Positions 1 through 9,550 of a DNA stretch of 17,744 bases are shown piece after piece. Below the pieces are notes generated by a model. It saw only the letters and a list, made by a program, of their open reading frames with translations. It was not told the DNA's origin and made no database searches. Made by a program: the position numbers and the translations under genes. Every line of letters starts with the position of its first letter. Position 1 is the first letter of the stretch. This stretch comes from Campylobacterota bacterium (GTDB lineage Bacteria > Campylobacterota > Campylobacteria > Campylobacterales > Arcobacteraceae), in assembly GCA_051746405.1 (NCBI GenBank), contig JBNJFB010000048.1, positions 1 through 17,744 of the forward strand, given 5' to 3'.

Positions 1-102
1 GTATGATTAAACTATTACTTACATACTTTTTAGTATGATTAGTTTTTTAATAAATACTATAAACTATTCTATAAATCAAACTGTAACTAAAAGGATTTTA
101 AA

Positions 103-1032
103 ATGTTAGACTTAGCAATTATTGGAGGAGGACCTGCTGGATTAACAGCTGGTTTGTACGCTACTAGAGGTGGTTTAAATGATGTAGTTATGTTCGAAAT
201 GGGTATGCCAGGTGGACAAATTACAGGTTCATCTGAGATTGAAAACTATCCAGGTCAAGAAGAAGTAGTAACAGGAATGGAACTAATGGAAAATTGGCCA
301 AGACAGTGTCAAAAGTTTGGTTTAAAGCATGAAATGAATCAAATTACAAATATTACTAAAGATGGTGAAGTATTTAAATTAAAAGCAATTGATGGAAAAG
401 AGTATGAAGCAAAAGCTGTATTAATGGCTACAGGTTCAGTTCCAAGAAGAGCTGGATTTAAGGGTGAAGATGAATTCTTTGGACAAGGTATCTCTACTTG
501 TGCAACTTGTGATGGGTTTTTCTACAAAGGAAAAGAAGTTGCAGTTGTAGGTGGTGGAGATACGGCTTTAGAAGAGGCTGTTTATTTATCTAAGCTTTGT
601 TCAAAAGTATATTTAGTTCATAGAAGAGATACATATAGAGCAGCTCCAAGTACAATTGAGCATATGAAAAAAGCTTCTAATATTGAAGAGGTTACAAATG
701 TAACTGTTGAAGAGGTTTTTGGAGATAAAACAGGTGTAACAGGACTAAAAGTAAAATCAAAAGATAGTGGTGAGATTAGAGATTTACCAACTCCTGGTGT
801 TTTTGTATTTGTGGGTAGAGATGTATTAAATGACCCAATCAAGCAAGAAGATGGAAGTTTCTTATGTGATGTAAATAAGCAAGGTGAAGTTATTGTTGAT
901 TTAAGAATGCAAACATCAACACCTGGTTTATATGCAGCAGGTGATATTAGAATTGATGCTGCAAAACAAGTTGTATGTGCAGCAGGTGATGGTGCAACAG
1001 CAGCTGTGAATATAATTGAATATTTAGGATAA
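103..1032 (+). CDS. trxB: Thioredoxin-disulfide reductase
   Basis: N-terminal FAD motif [11 protein letters not shown], redox CATC motif, NADPH motifs VVGGGDTA and HRRD, C-terminal GLYAAGD...GDGATAA; AAGGA RBS just upstream. Confidence 0.97.
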   Translation: MLDLAIIGGGPAGLTAGLYATRGGLNDVVMFEMGMPGGQITGSSEIENYPGQEEVVTGMELMENWPRQCQKFGLKHEMNQITNITKDGEVFKLKAIDGKEYEAKAVLMATGSVPRRAGFKGEDEFFGQGISTCATCDGFFYKGKEVAVVGGGDTALEEAVYLSKLCSKVYLVHRRDTYRAAPSTIEHMKKASNIEEVTNVTVEEVFGDKTGVTGLKVKSKDSGEIRDLPTPGVFVFVGRDVLNDPIKQEDGSFLCDVNKQGEVIVDLRMQTSTPGLYAAGDIRIDAAKQVVCAAGDGATAAVNIIEYLG

Positions 1033-1044
1033 GGAAAAAAATAG

Positions 1045-1821
1045 ATGATTAAAGTAGGTATATTAGGTAGTACAGGTAGAGTAGGTTCATTACTAATTGA
1101 TGATTTACAAAAAGATGAAATAGCAAAAGTTGGTGCTGTTCATGTATATGATAAGTTAGAAAGACAACTGCCTGAAGATACAGTTGTTACAAATGAGATG
1201 AGTGTTTTATTTGATTCTAGTGATGTTATTATTGATTTTAGTGCTCCTGTGGCTACAGAAACTTTATTAACAGAAGTTGTTGAAAATGGTGCTAGAAAGC
1301 CTTTAGTTATTGCTACTACTGGATTTAATAAGCATCAACAAAATCTTTTAATAGAAGCTAGTAAACATGTGCCTATTTTATACGCTACGAACATGAGTTT
1401 AGGAGTTGCTGTATTAAATAAACTTGTAACTCTTGCATCTAAAGCCTTAAGGGATTTTGATATTGAAATAGTTGAGCAACACCATAAACATAAAGTTGAT
1501 TCACCATCTGGAACAGCTCTTACATTAGCACAACATGCAGCTGATGCTAGAGATTTAGATTTAGATGAGGTTAGAGTTTCTGGAAGAGATGGAAATATTG
1601 GTGCTAGAACAAATGATGAAATAGCAGTAATGGCACTAAGAGGTGGTGACATTGTAGGAAGACATACAGTTGGACTTTATAATGAGGGTGAGTTTATTGA
1701 GTTGAATCATACAGCAACTTCAAGACATACTTTCTCTCAAGGTGCAATTAAAGTTGCTAAGTGGATTATAGATAAAGAGCCAAAACTTTACTCAATCAAT
1801 GATGCTTTAGGCTTAAACTAA
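1045..1821 (+). CDS. dapB: 4-hydroxy-tetrahydrodipicolinate reductase
   Basis: GSTGRVG dinucleotide-binding start, [31 protein letters not shown] catalytic motif, [17 protein letters not shown]. Confidence 0.97.
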   Translation: MIKVGILGSTGRVGSLLIDDLQKDEIAKVGAVHVYDKLERQLPEDTVVTNEMSVLFDSSDVIIDFSAPVATETLLTEVVENGARKPLVIATTGFNKHQQNLLIEASKHVPILYATNMSLGVAVLNKLVTLASKALRDFDIEIVEQHHKHKVDSPSGTALTLAQHAADARDLDLDEVRVSGRDGNIGARTNDEIAVMALRGGDIVGRHTVGLYNEGEFIELNHTATSRHTFSQGAIKVAKWIIDKEPKLYSINDALGLN

Positions 1822-1841
1822 TCAAATCAAATAAAAATTAT

Positions 1842-1887
1842 AGGGGAAAAGAGATTTATACGCATAAAGTTCACTTTACCCCTTTTT
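1842..1887 (+). terminator. Imperfect stem-loop with T-tract between dapB and purF (possible terminator or attenuator)
   Basis: AGGGG/CCCCT, AAAG/CTTT, GA/TC and TTTAT/ATAAA pairings around an ACGC loop, followed by TTTTT at 1883-1887. Confidence 0.5.
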
Positions 1888-1903
1888 CAAAGGTTAAATA
1901 AAT

Positions 1904-3253
1904 ATGTGTGCAATAGTTGGAATTTATGGTAATGATAATGCTGCAAGACTAGCTTCACTAGCTCTGTTTTCTATGCAGCATCGAGGACAGGAAGCAACAG
2001 GTATATCTTCATCATGTAATGGAAAGATTTATACAAAAAAAGATAGAGGTTTAGTATCAGAAGTTTTCACTGATGAGGCTTTAAAATACCTAAAGGGAAA
2101 TATGGCTATAGGTCATAATAGATACTCAACAGCAGGAGGTGATTCTATTTTAGATGCTCAACCTGTATTTGCAAAGTATAAATTAGGTCAAATGTCTATA
2201 GTACACAATGGTAACCTTATAAATAAAAAAGAAGTTAGAGAAGATTTGATTGATAAAGGTGCCATTTTCCAAACAGAAATGGATACTGAGAACCTTATAC
2301 ATTTAATAGCTAAAAATAGTAAGAATAGATTAAGAGATAGAATAAAAGAGGCCCTAACAAAAACAGTAGGGGCTTACTGTTTTATTGTTCAATCAAGGTC
2401 AAAACAGTTTGTAATTAGAGATAGATATGGTATTAGACCTCTATCTTTAGGAAAATTAAAAAGTGGTGGTTACATAGTTGCAAGCGAAACATGTGCTTTT
2501 GATTTAGTGGATGCTACATTTGTAAGAGATGTAAAACCAGGTGAGATGCTGATTTTTAGTGATGATACACAAGAGCCTGAGTCAATACAACTTTTCAAAA
2601 GTGAGTATAGACCTTGTGCATTTGAGTTTGTTTATTTTGCAAGACCTGATTCTGAAATTGATGGAAAAAATGTATATAGATCAAGAGAAAATATGGGAAG
2701 AGCACTTGCAAGAATTGATGAACAGTGTGATATAGATGTGGATATGGTTGTACCTGTTCCAGATTCAGGTGTTCCAGCTGCACTTGGATATGCAGCACAA
2801 AGTGGTATTCCTTTTGAGTATGGGATTATTAGAAATCACTATGTGGGTAGGACATTTATTGAGCCAACACAGCAAATGAGAGATTTAAAAGTAAAAATGA
2901 AGTTAAGTCCTATGCAGTCCATTATTAAAGGGAAGTCTCTTTTAGTAATAGATGATTCAATTGTAAGGGGTACCACTTCAAAAAGAATTGTAAATATGTT
3001 AAAAGAAGCAGGTGCAAAAGAGGTTCACTTTAGAGTTGCAAGTCCTGAGATTAAATATCCAAACTTTTATGGTATTGACACTCCAAATAAAGAGGAGTTA
3101 ATCTCTAATAATATGTCAACACAAGAGGTATGTGAATATATCAAAGCAGATTCATTAAAGTATCTATCAATTGAAGATTTAGTTAAAGCAATTGGAAATG
3201 ATAGAAACTACGCTTTAGAGAGCTTTGATGGAGACTATTTCGTAAAAGAGTAA
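1904..3253 (+). CDS. purF: Amidophosphoribosyltransferase
   Basis: N-terminal nucleophile Cys (MCAIVG), QHRGQE, GHNRYST, HNGNL, YFARPDS, PVPDSG, PRPP loop IDDSIVRGTT. Confidence 0.98.
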   Translation: MCAIVGIYGNDNAARLASLALFSMQHRGQEATGISSSCNGKIYTKKDRGLVSEVFTDEALKYLKGNMAIGHNRYSTAGGDSILDAQPVFAKYKLGQMSIVHNGNLINKKEVREDLIDKGAIFQTEMDTENLIHLIAKNSKNRLRDRIKEALTKTVGAYCFIVQSRSKQFVIRDRYGIRPLSLGKLKSGGYIVASETCAFDLVDATFVRDVKPGEMLIFSDDTQEPESIQLFKSEYRPCAFEFVYFARPDSEIDGKNVYRSRENMGRALARIDEQCDIDVDMVVPVPDSGVPAALGYAAQSGIPFEYGIIRNHYVGRTFIEPTQQMRDLKVKMKLSPMQSIIKGKSLLVIDDSIVRGTTSKRIVNMLKEAGAKEVHFRVASPEIKYPNFYGIDTPNKEELISNNMSTQEVCEYIKADSLKYLSIEDLVKAIGNDRNYALESFDGDYFVKE

Positions 3254-3254
3254 A

Positions 3255-4217
3255 ATGAGTGATTTAAAAAATGTTTTAACAATAGGAAGATATTTTAAAG
3301 ATAAGTATAAACAAAAGATTTACAAAGTTCCTATTTCAATATCTGGGTTTACTTGTCCAAATATCGATGGTACTGTTGCTAAAGGGGGATGTTCATTTTG
3401 TGAAAATGACTCCTTCTCTCCAAATTTAAAAGAACGAAAACCAAAATTTAAACTTAATCCAAATATAGAAGAAAATCCATATTTACAAAATCAACTAAAG
3501 CAACTTGAAATGCAGTTTTTTGCCACTAAAGATAGATTAGAAAACAAGTTTGGTGTAAATAAGTTTATTGTTTACTTTCAATCATTTACAAATACTTATG
3601 CACCATTTTCAACCCTAAAAGCACTTTATGAAAAAGCTTTGTCTTTTGATGATGTAATTGGACTTAGCATTGGTACAAGAACTGATTGTGTAACAGAAGA
3701 GATACTTGATTATTTAGCTTCATTATCAAAAGATAAAGAGATTTGGATTGAGTATGGAATCCAATCTTTTTATGATGAAACACTTGAAGCTATAAATAGA
3801 GGTGATAGTGTTAAGAGTATGAACTATTGGATAAAGCAGACTAAAAAAAGAGGTTTAAATGTTTGTGGTCACTTGATTTATGGACTGCCAGGTGAAACTC
3901 AAGAGATGATGCTAGATACATTTAATAAAACCTGTGAGTTAAAAGTTGATTCTATAAAATTCCATCCTTTATATGTGGTAAAAAATACACTTCTAACCAA
4001 TGAGTATAGAAAAGGAAGATTTACTCCAATAAGTGAAGAGCTTTATATAGATACAGTTGTAAAATCTATTGAGAATTTGCCAAAGGGAGTTTCAGTTCAG
4101 AGAGTTACAGCAGGAATTGATGATGATAGTTTACTTTCACCCATGTGGTGCAAAGATAAACACAGTGCAATTAAAAAAATAAGAGATGCTTTAAAATTAA
4201 AAGGTCTTAACTATTAG
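3255..4217 (+). CDS. TIGR01212/YhcC-family radical SAM protein
   Basis: GFTCPNIDGTVAKGGCSFC (C-x11-C-x2-C variant typical of this family), YFQSFTNTY, IGTRTDC, HLIYGLPGE, IKFHPL; starts 1 nt after the purF stop. Confidence 0.9.
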   Translation: MSDLKNVLTIGRYFKDKYKQKIYKVPISISGFTCPNIDGTVAKGGCSFCENDSFSPNLKERKPKFKLNPNIEENPYLQNQLKQLEMQFFATKDRLENKFGVNKFIVYFQSFTNTYAPFSTLKALYEKALSFDDVIGLSIGTRTDCVTEEILDYLASLSKDKEIWIEYGIQSFYDETLEAINRGDSVKSMNYWIKQTKKRGLNVCGHLIYGLPGETQEMMLDTFNKTCELKVDSIKFHPLYVVKNTLLTNEYRKGRFTPISEELYIDTVVKSIENLPKGVSVQRVTAGIDDDSLLSPMWCKDKHSAIKKIRDALKLKGLNY

Positions 4218-4220
4218 TTT

Positions 4221-4245
4221 ATGAAGTAAGCTTTGCTTACTTCAT
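4221..4245. terminator. Perfect 11-bp hairpin between convergent genes
   Basis: ATGAAGTAAGC-TTT-GCTTACTTCAT; overlaps the last codons and stop of the LysR gene and lies 3 nt past the radical SAM gene stop. Confidence 0.6.
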
Positions 4246-5133
4246 CTTTAAAAGATAGTCAACGACATTTTCTATAAATGCATCATGTTTTCTATCTTTT
4301 CTATAGGCTATGTATAGTTTTCTTATCATCTTTTGATTATTGATTCTAGACTCATAAAGTGCACCAGATTTTAAAAGGGACTCAATTGCATTTTTTGATA
4401 CAATTGAAACTGTTGGTGTTGTGTTTTTATCAGAGTGTAAAACTGTTTGTACAATTGTAGTAGCACTAGTAACCTCTGAGGTTACATCAAATGTATCACA
4501 ATCAGGAAAATCAGCTTTATCTAGGTTCTCTTTAAAAATTGCTCTAGTGTGAGAGTCTGGATTTCTACAAACCCACTTATAAGATAATAAATCTTCTGCT
4601 TTTGCTCTTGATGGTAGTTTTTGGTTTGAGAAAATTACTATCTCATCATCCATCCACTCTCTGTAAATAATATCATCATTTGGTACATAGTTTTCAACTA
4701 AAGCCATATCGATTTTTTTATCAAGTAAATCTTCAATAGCTTCGTGGGAAACTGAAACATTGATTGATACTTCATTTTTAATATTCTCTTTTAAATTGTT
4801 TAAAAATCTAGGCAAAATATAGTTTCCAATAATAAATGATGCACCAAAAACAAATGTTACATCTTTATTCATGATTTTTAGCAGTTCTTTTTCTCCATTT
4901 GCAACACACTTTTCAATTTTTAAAGCAATTGAGTAAAGCATTTGACCCTCTTTAGTAAGTCTAATACCATTTTTCTTTCTATCAACTACTTGAACATCCA
5001 AATAGTTCTCAATATATCTCATTTGTTGTGTTACAGCAGGTTGAGAAATACCAAGTTTTGCTGAAGCTTTAGAAAAAGATCTCTCCCTAACAACAGTTAG
5101 AAAGGTCTCTAATTTAGCAAAATCAGTTAGCAT
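4237..5133 (-). CDS. LysR-family transcriptional regulator (CysL-like)
   Basis: N-terminal HTH LETFLTVVRERSFSKASAKLGISQPAVTQQ, then LTKEGQ and GASFIIGNYILP; 298 aa; GGAGG RBS on - strand at about 5139-5143. Confidence 0.93.
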   Translation of the reverse strand: MLTDFAKLETFLTVVRERSFSKASAKLGISQPAVTQQMRYIENYLDVQVVDRKKNGIRLTKEGQMLYSIALKIEKCVANGEKELLKIMNKDVTFVFGASFIIGNYILPRFLNNLKENIKNEVSINVSVSHEAIEDLLDKKIDMALVENYVPNDDIIYREWMDDEIVIFSNQKLPSRAKAEDLLSYKWVCRNPDSHTRAIFKENLDKADFPDCDTFDVTSEVTSATTIVQTVLHSDKNTTPTVSIVSKNAIESLLKSGALYESRINNQKMIRKLYIAYRKDRKHDAFIENVVDYLLKMK

Positions 5134-5158
5134 TATAACCTCCGTAAAATAATTTATG

Positions 5159-5164
5159 ATTATA
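5159..5164 (-). promoter_or_regulatory. Candidate sigma70 -10 box for lysR
   Basis: TATAAT on - strand about 25 nt upstream of the ATG; the AT-rich context lowers specificity. Confidence 0.4.
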
Positions 5165-5219
5165 ATAACATTTATTTATATATAGAATAATTAAGCCAAA
5201 AGAGAATTTAATTTTTATA

Positions 5220-5228
5220 TGGTATAAT
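5220..5228 (+). promoter_or_regulatory. Extended -10 promoter for the uvrD-truB-ispE-smpB cluster
   Basis: TGGTATAAT matches TGnTATAAT exactly, 24 nt upstream of the ATG; TTAAGC at 5191-5196; GGAG-containing RBS at about 5241-5247. Confidence 0.65.
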
Positions 5229-5252
5229 ATTAATATTATTGGGGGAGAAAAC

Positions 5253-7307
5253 ATGATAGAAAATATATTAAACACATTAAATGAATCACAAAAGCAAGCA
5301 GCACAATATATTGATGGGTCACTTTTAATACTTGCAGGTGCAGGTTCTGGTAAAACAAAAACTATTACTACAAGGCTAGCTTACTTAATATCTATAGGTA
5401 TTGACCCAAACTCTATATTAACATTAACATTTACAAATAAAGCTGCAACTCAAATGAGAGAAAGAGCCTTTTCAATGATAGATCCAACTATGCTTAATAC
5501 TCCTCCGTTATTATGTACATTTCATAAGTTTGGACTTCTATTTTTAAAGTTTCATATGAGTGAATTAGATAGAAAAAACAACTTTATCATAATAGATACT
5601 GATGATAAAAAAAGAGTTTTAAAATCCATAGATAAAGATATAACAACATCACTTTTAGTAAGTGAAATTTCAAAATATAAAAATACACTAATTACTCCCC
5701 AAGAGGCAAAAGCAACTGCACAGCTAAAACTTTATCAACAAATAGCAGATGTATATGAAAAGTATGAAGCCTATTTATTAAAAAACAATCTTGTGGATTT
5801 TGATGATTTGATACTTCTACCATATAAAATACTTGAAAATAATGAAAAATTAGCTAGTCAAACAAGTGATAAGTATCAATATATAATGGTAGATGAGTAT
5901 CAAGATACAAATGAGCTACAATATAAACTATTAAGAAAACTGTGTACAAATCATAGTAATCTTTGTGTGGTTGGTGATGATGACCAATCTATTTATGGTT
6001 GGCGTGGAGCTACAATAAAAAATATACTAAACTTTAGTAGTCACTTTGAAGATACAAAAGTTGTGAAGCTACAAGATAACTACAGATCAACAGATTTAAT
6101 TTTAGACCATGCTAACCAACTTATTGAGCACAATAGAGATAGGTTAGGAAAAGTCTTAAAGGGTACAAGAAAAAAAGGTGATTCAATAAAGCTTTATGAA
6201 TCAAACGATGAGAATGAAGAGACTAGAAAAATTGTAGATGATATAAAAATACTACTTCAAAAAGGTGAAAGTGCAAAAGATATAGCTATCTTATTTAGAG
6301 TAAATGCACTATCTAGGTCACTTGAAGAGGGGTTTAATAAAGCAGGTATCTATTATAAACTAGTGGGTGGTATGAAGTTTTATGAAAGAGCTGAAATAAA
6401 AGATTTAATAGCTTATTTTAGAGTCTTGACAAATTCACACGATAATTTTTCATTTAAAAGAGTTGTAAATAAACCTAAAAGAGGAATTGGAAAGACAACT
6501 ATAGAAAAACTAGAGAGTAAATCAATAGAGATAAAAAAGCCAATTTTTGAGCTAATACAAGAGTTTAGTGCTGATGAGTTAGCAAAAGTTGTGGGTAAGA
6601 AAAACTCAAGAACACTTAAAGTTTTTGAAGCTTCTATTATGGACTTAAAGGAGATTCTAAAAGATTCAAAAATGAAATTTTTAGACTCTTTTGAAGAGAG
6701 TTTTGATTATAGAGCTTCATATGATAATTTACCTGATGGTTTTGATAGACAGTCTAATATTGATGAGTTTTATGGATATATTAGAGACTATTTTATTCAA
6801 AATCCATTTTTAGAGTTAAAAGATTTTTTAAATGACATAGCTTTAGAGAGTGAAAATGATAACTTAGGTGGTGAAGCTGTTTCAATGATGAGTATTCATG
6901 CTTCAAAAGGTTTAGAGTTTAAACATCTATTTATAATAGGTCTTGAAGAGGGGTTTTTCCCTTTAACAGGCGATGGGACTGATATAGAAGAAGAGAGAAG
7001 GTTAGGTTATGTATCATTTACTAGAGCTATGGATAATCTCACCTTATCATTTGTACACTCAAGGTTTTACAAGGGGAAAAGAGCACAATTAGCAAAGAGT
7101 AGATTCTTAAGTGAATCAGGGCTAATAAAAGGTTCATTAACAATAGAAAAACACTCAATGTTTAAAAAAGGTGATTTAGTACAACATAAGATATTTGGTA
7201 TGGGAAGAGTTCAACATGCAAATAAAGCAGGAAAAGATTATAAGTTAACTATAAACTTTGGTGGTCAAATAAGAGATATCTTATCATCATTTGTAGAAAA
7301 AATTTAG
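5253..7307 (+). CDS. uvrD: ATP-dependent DNA helicase UvrD/PcrA (SF1)
   Basis: AGAGSGKT, LTFTNKAA, DEYQD, VGDDDQSIYGWRGA, NYRS, SIHASKGLEF, EEERRLGYVSFTRA, and C-terminal Tudor-like FKKGDLVQHKIFGMG. Confidence 0.93.
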   Translation: MIENILNTLNESQKQAAQYIDGSLLILAGAGSGKTKTITTRLAYLISIGIDPNSILTLTFTNKAATQMRERAFSMIDPTMLNTPPLLCTFHKFGLLFLKFHMSELDRKNNFIIIDTDDKKRVLKSIDKDITTSLLVSEISKYKNTLITPQEAKATAQLKLYQQIADVYEKYEAYLLKNNLVDFDDLILLPYKILENNEKLASQTSDKYQYIMVDEYQDTNELQYKLLRKLCTNHSNLCVVGDDDQSIYGWRGATIKNILNFSSHFEDTKVVKLQDNYRSTDLILDHANQLIEHNRDRLGKVLKGTRKKGDSIKLYESNDENEETRKIVDDIKILLQKGESAKDIAILFRVNALSRSLEEGFNKAGIYYKLVGGMKFYERAEIKDLIAYFRVLTNSHDNFSFKRVVNKPKRGIGKTTIEKLESKSIEIKKPIFELIQEFSADELAKVVGKKNSRTLKVFEASIMDLKEILKDSKMKFLDSFEESFDYRASYDNLPDGFDRQSNIDEFYGYIRDYFIQNPFLELKDFLNDIALESENDNLGGEAVSMMSIHASKGLEFKHLFIIGLEEGFFPLTGDGTDIEEERRLGYVSFTRAMDNLTLSFVHSRFYKGKRAQLAKSRFLSESGLIKGSLTIEKHSMFKKGDLVQHKIFGMGRVQHANKAGKDYKLTINFGGQIRDILSSFVEKI

Positions 7308-7315
7308 GAATTAGC

Positions 7316-8164
7316 TTGCAAAAAAGATTTTATAATAAGGAACCAATAAACAAGCTAATTGTTGTAAATAAGCCTATATATATTAGCTCAAACTCATATT
7401 TAAATAGAATAAAAAGAAAATACAAAAATAAGAAAGCAGGTTTTAGTGGTACCTTAGATCCTTTTGCTTGTGGATGTTTGATTGTAGCTTTTGGGCAGTA
7501 TGCAAAACTTTTTAACTACATGAGTAAAACGCCAAAAAAATATAGAGCTACAGTTTGGTTAGGAGTAGAATCTAACTCATTTGATATAGAAAATATAGCA
7601 AGTATAGAAAATAGTAAAAGAGTTGAAGTAAGTATTATAAAAGAAGGGTTAGCTAAGCTAAAAGGCAAACATGAATACTACCCGCCAAAATTTAGTGCAA
7701 AAAGAATAAATGGTAAAAGAGCCTATGAGTTAGCAAGGCAAGATGTTGATTTTAAGATGAAAAAATCAACTATGGATGTAAGCAAAGTAGAGTTTATCTC
7801 ATATAATCATCCCTTTATAACTTTTGAAGCAACTGTTAGTGAAGGTGCATATATAAGAAGTTTAGCCCAAATATTTCTAGAAAAATTAGAGCTAAAAGGT
7901 ACTTTATCATATCTTTGTAGATTAAAAGAGGGTAAACTCTTTTATGAAAATGAAAAAGAACTAAATCCACTTGATTATATTGATTTAGAAGTTAATGACT
8001 ATTTTGGGGATAAGTCTTGGGTTGAAAATGGAAAGAAAATATCTATTGATTATTTGCAAAAAAAACACAATGGTCAGTACTTAATTATCTTTGATGACTT
8101 TTTTACTATTATAGAGATTATAAATAAGGATATAAAATATCTACTAAATAAGGTATTATTATAA
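7316..8164 (+). CDS. truB: tRNA pseudouridine(55) synthase
   Basis: VNKP, KAGFSGTLDPFACG with the catalytic Asp, PPKFSAKRINGKRAYELAR, SEGAYIRSL; TTG start after AGGA. Confidence 0.95.
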   Translation: MQKRFYNKEPINKLIVVNKPIYISSNSYLNRIKRKYKNKKAGFSGTLDPFACGCLIVAFGQYAKLFNYMSKTPKKYRATVWLGVESNSFDIENIASIENSKRVEVSIIKEGLAKLKGKHEYYPPKFSAKRINGKRAYELARQDVDFKMKKSTMDVSKVEFISYNHPFITFEATVSEGAYIRSLAQIFLEKLELKGTLSYLCRLKEGKLFYENEKELNPLDYIDLEVNDYFGDKSWVENGKKISIDYLQKKHNGQYLIIFDDFFTIIEIINKDIKYLLNKVLL

Positions 8165-8925
8165 TGCAAAGAAAATCATATGCAAAAGTTAATATATTTT
8201 TAAAAATAATTGGTAAAAGCGGTGAGTATCACAAAATTGCTTCTAGGTTTGCGACTGTTTACAATTTATATGATACTATCACTTTTACCAAATCAGATAG
8301 GAAAGCATTTAATATTATAGGAAATTTTAGTTGTAAAAAGCAATCAAATACTGTATATAAAGCATACAATATGATAAAACATCTAAAAAATGTAAAAGAT
8401 TTTTTTGATACCTATAGTGTAAAAGTAGAAAAAAGAATACCTGAATTTGCAGGACTTGGTGGGGGTAGTTCTAATGCTGCAACCTTTTTGCTCATGGCAA
8501 ATGAGTATTGTAATTTAAATTTAACTAAAGATGAGTTATGTAAAATAGCAGTACAAATAGGAGCGGATGTTCCATTTTTTATTTATGAGTATAGTAGTGC
8601 AAATGTTACAGGTATTGGTGAAATTGTAAAAAAGTTCGATGAAGAAAAACTAAATATTGAAACTTTTACACCAGGAATACAGTGTGACACAAAAGAGATT
8701 TTTAAAACATTTTCACAAAAATTTTATAAAGAGTTATCACAAAAACATGCCCATGAGTTAATGGCTATGAATTCAATAGATGTACTAAATAAGCTTGATA
8801 TATATAAAGCAAATGATTTATATGAAAGTGCAGCTTACATACAGCCAAATCTAAAAAAGTATGAGAAGAGAAATTGGTATTTTAGTGGAAGTGGAAGCTC
8901 TTTTTTTAAGGTAAACAATGAGTAA
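8164..8925 (+). CDS. ispE: 4-(cytidine 5'-diphospho)-2-C-methyl-D-erythritol kinase
   Basis: AKVNIFL, GHMP ATP loop [43 protein letters not shown] overlap with truB. Confidence 0.96.
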   Translation: MQRKSYAKVNIFLKIIGKSGEYHKIASRFATVYNLYDTITFTKSDRKAFNIIGNFSCKKQSNTVYKAYNMIKHLKNVKDFFDTYSVKVEKRIPEFAGLGGGSSNAATFLLMANEYCNLNLTKDELCKIAVQIGADVPFFIYEYSSANVTGIGEIVKKFDEEKLNIETFTPGIQCDTKEIFKTFSQKFYKELSQKHAHELMAMNSIDVLNKLDIYKANDLYESAAYIQPNLKKYEKRNWYFSGSGSSFFKVNNE

Positions 8926-9388
8926 AACAGATAATAATAAACAGTTAGTATTTAGAAATAAAAAAGCAACCCATGATTTTTTTATTTTAGATAAGTATGA
9001 GGCAGGTATTGTATTAGAAGGGAGTGAAGTAAAAGCAGCACGACAAGGTAGAGTTAATTTAAAGGATTCCTTTGTAAGAATTATAAAAAATGAGGTTTTT
9101 TTACTAAATGCTCATATCTCTCATCTAAGTACAACTCACACAACATTTAGACCCGATGAAAGAAGGGCTAGAAAATTATTATTAAATAAAAAAGAGATAG
9201 AAAAAATACATACAAAAGTAACAAAAGAAGGGGTTACAACTGTAGCATTAAAACTATATTTTAATAAAAGAAATGTAATAAAAGTTCAAATTGCCACAGC
9301 AAAGGGTAAAAAGCTACATGACAAAAGGGAAGACTTAAAAAGAAAAACTATGCAAAGAGAGACAGCCCAAGCTTTAAAAAACTGGTAA
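8918..9388 (+). CDS. smpB: SsrA-binding protein
   Basis: [34 protein letters not shown]; overlaps ispE by 8 nt. Confidence 0.97.
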   Translation: MSKTDNNKQLVFRNKKATHDFFILDKYEAGIVLEGSEVKAARQGRVNLKDSFVRIIKNEVFLLNAHISHLSTTHTTFRPDERRARKLLLNKKEIEKIHTKVTKEGVTTVALKLYFNKRNVIKVQIATAKGKKLHDKREDLKRKTMQRETAQALKNW

Positions 9389-9533
9389 TTATTAGTTTTT
9401 CTATCGGTTTTTTTCGTAGTATTAAAATAGCAAATCTTCAAAATTATCTCACAAAAAAATTTATATAGCAATTATTTTTATTTGTAAAAAAGGCTTAAAC
9501 TTCAATAAAATTAAGTAAAAATTTAGTCCCCTT

Positions 9534-9550
9534 TGGCTAACATTTAGCCA
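9534..9550. promoter_or_regulatory. Inverted repeat upstream of ccoN (candidate operator)
   Basis: TGGCTAA-CAT-TTAGCCA, perfect 7-bp arms, about 50 nt upstream of the start codon. Confidence 0.4.

Noticed and set aside
618..842. 74-aa minus-strand ORF
   Set aside because: Antisense shadow wholly within trxB; no recognisable motif.
1335..1652. 105-aa minus-strand ORF
   Set aside because: Antisense shadow of dapB.
2595..2798. 67-aa His/Gln-rich minus-strand ORF
   Set aside because: Antisense to the conserved purF core; composition follows from reverse-complement codon bias.
9286..9471. 61-aa minus-strand ORF overlapping the smpB 3' end
   Set aside because: Non-ATG start, no RBS, half antisense to smpB, no motif.
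9389..9530. Possible tmRNA (ssrA) or integration site next to smpB
   Set aside because: Too short and AT-rich; no tRNA-like GGGG…CCA ends, tag frame or integrase nearby.
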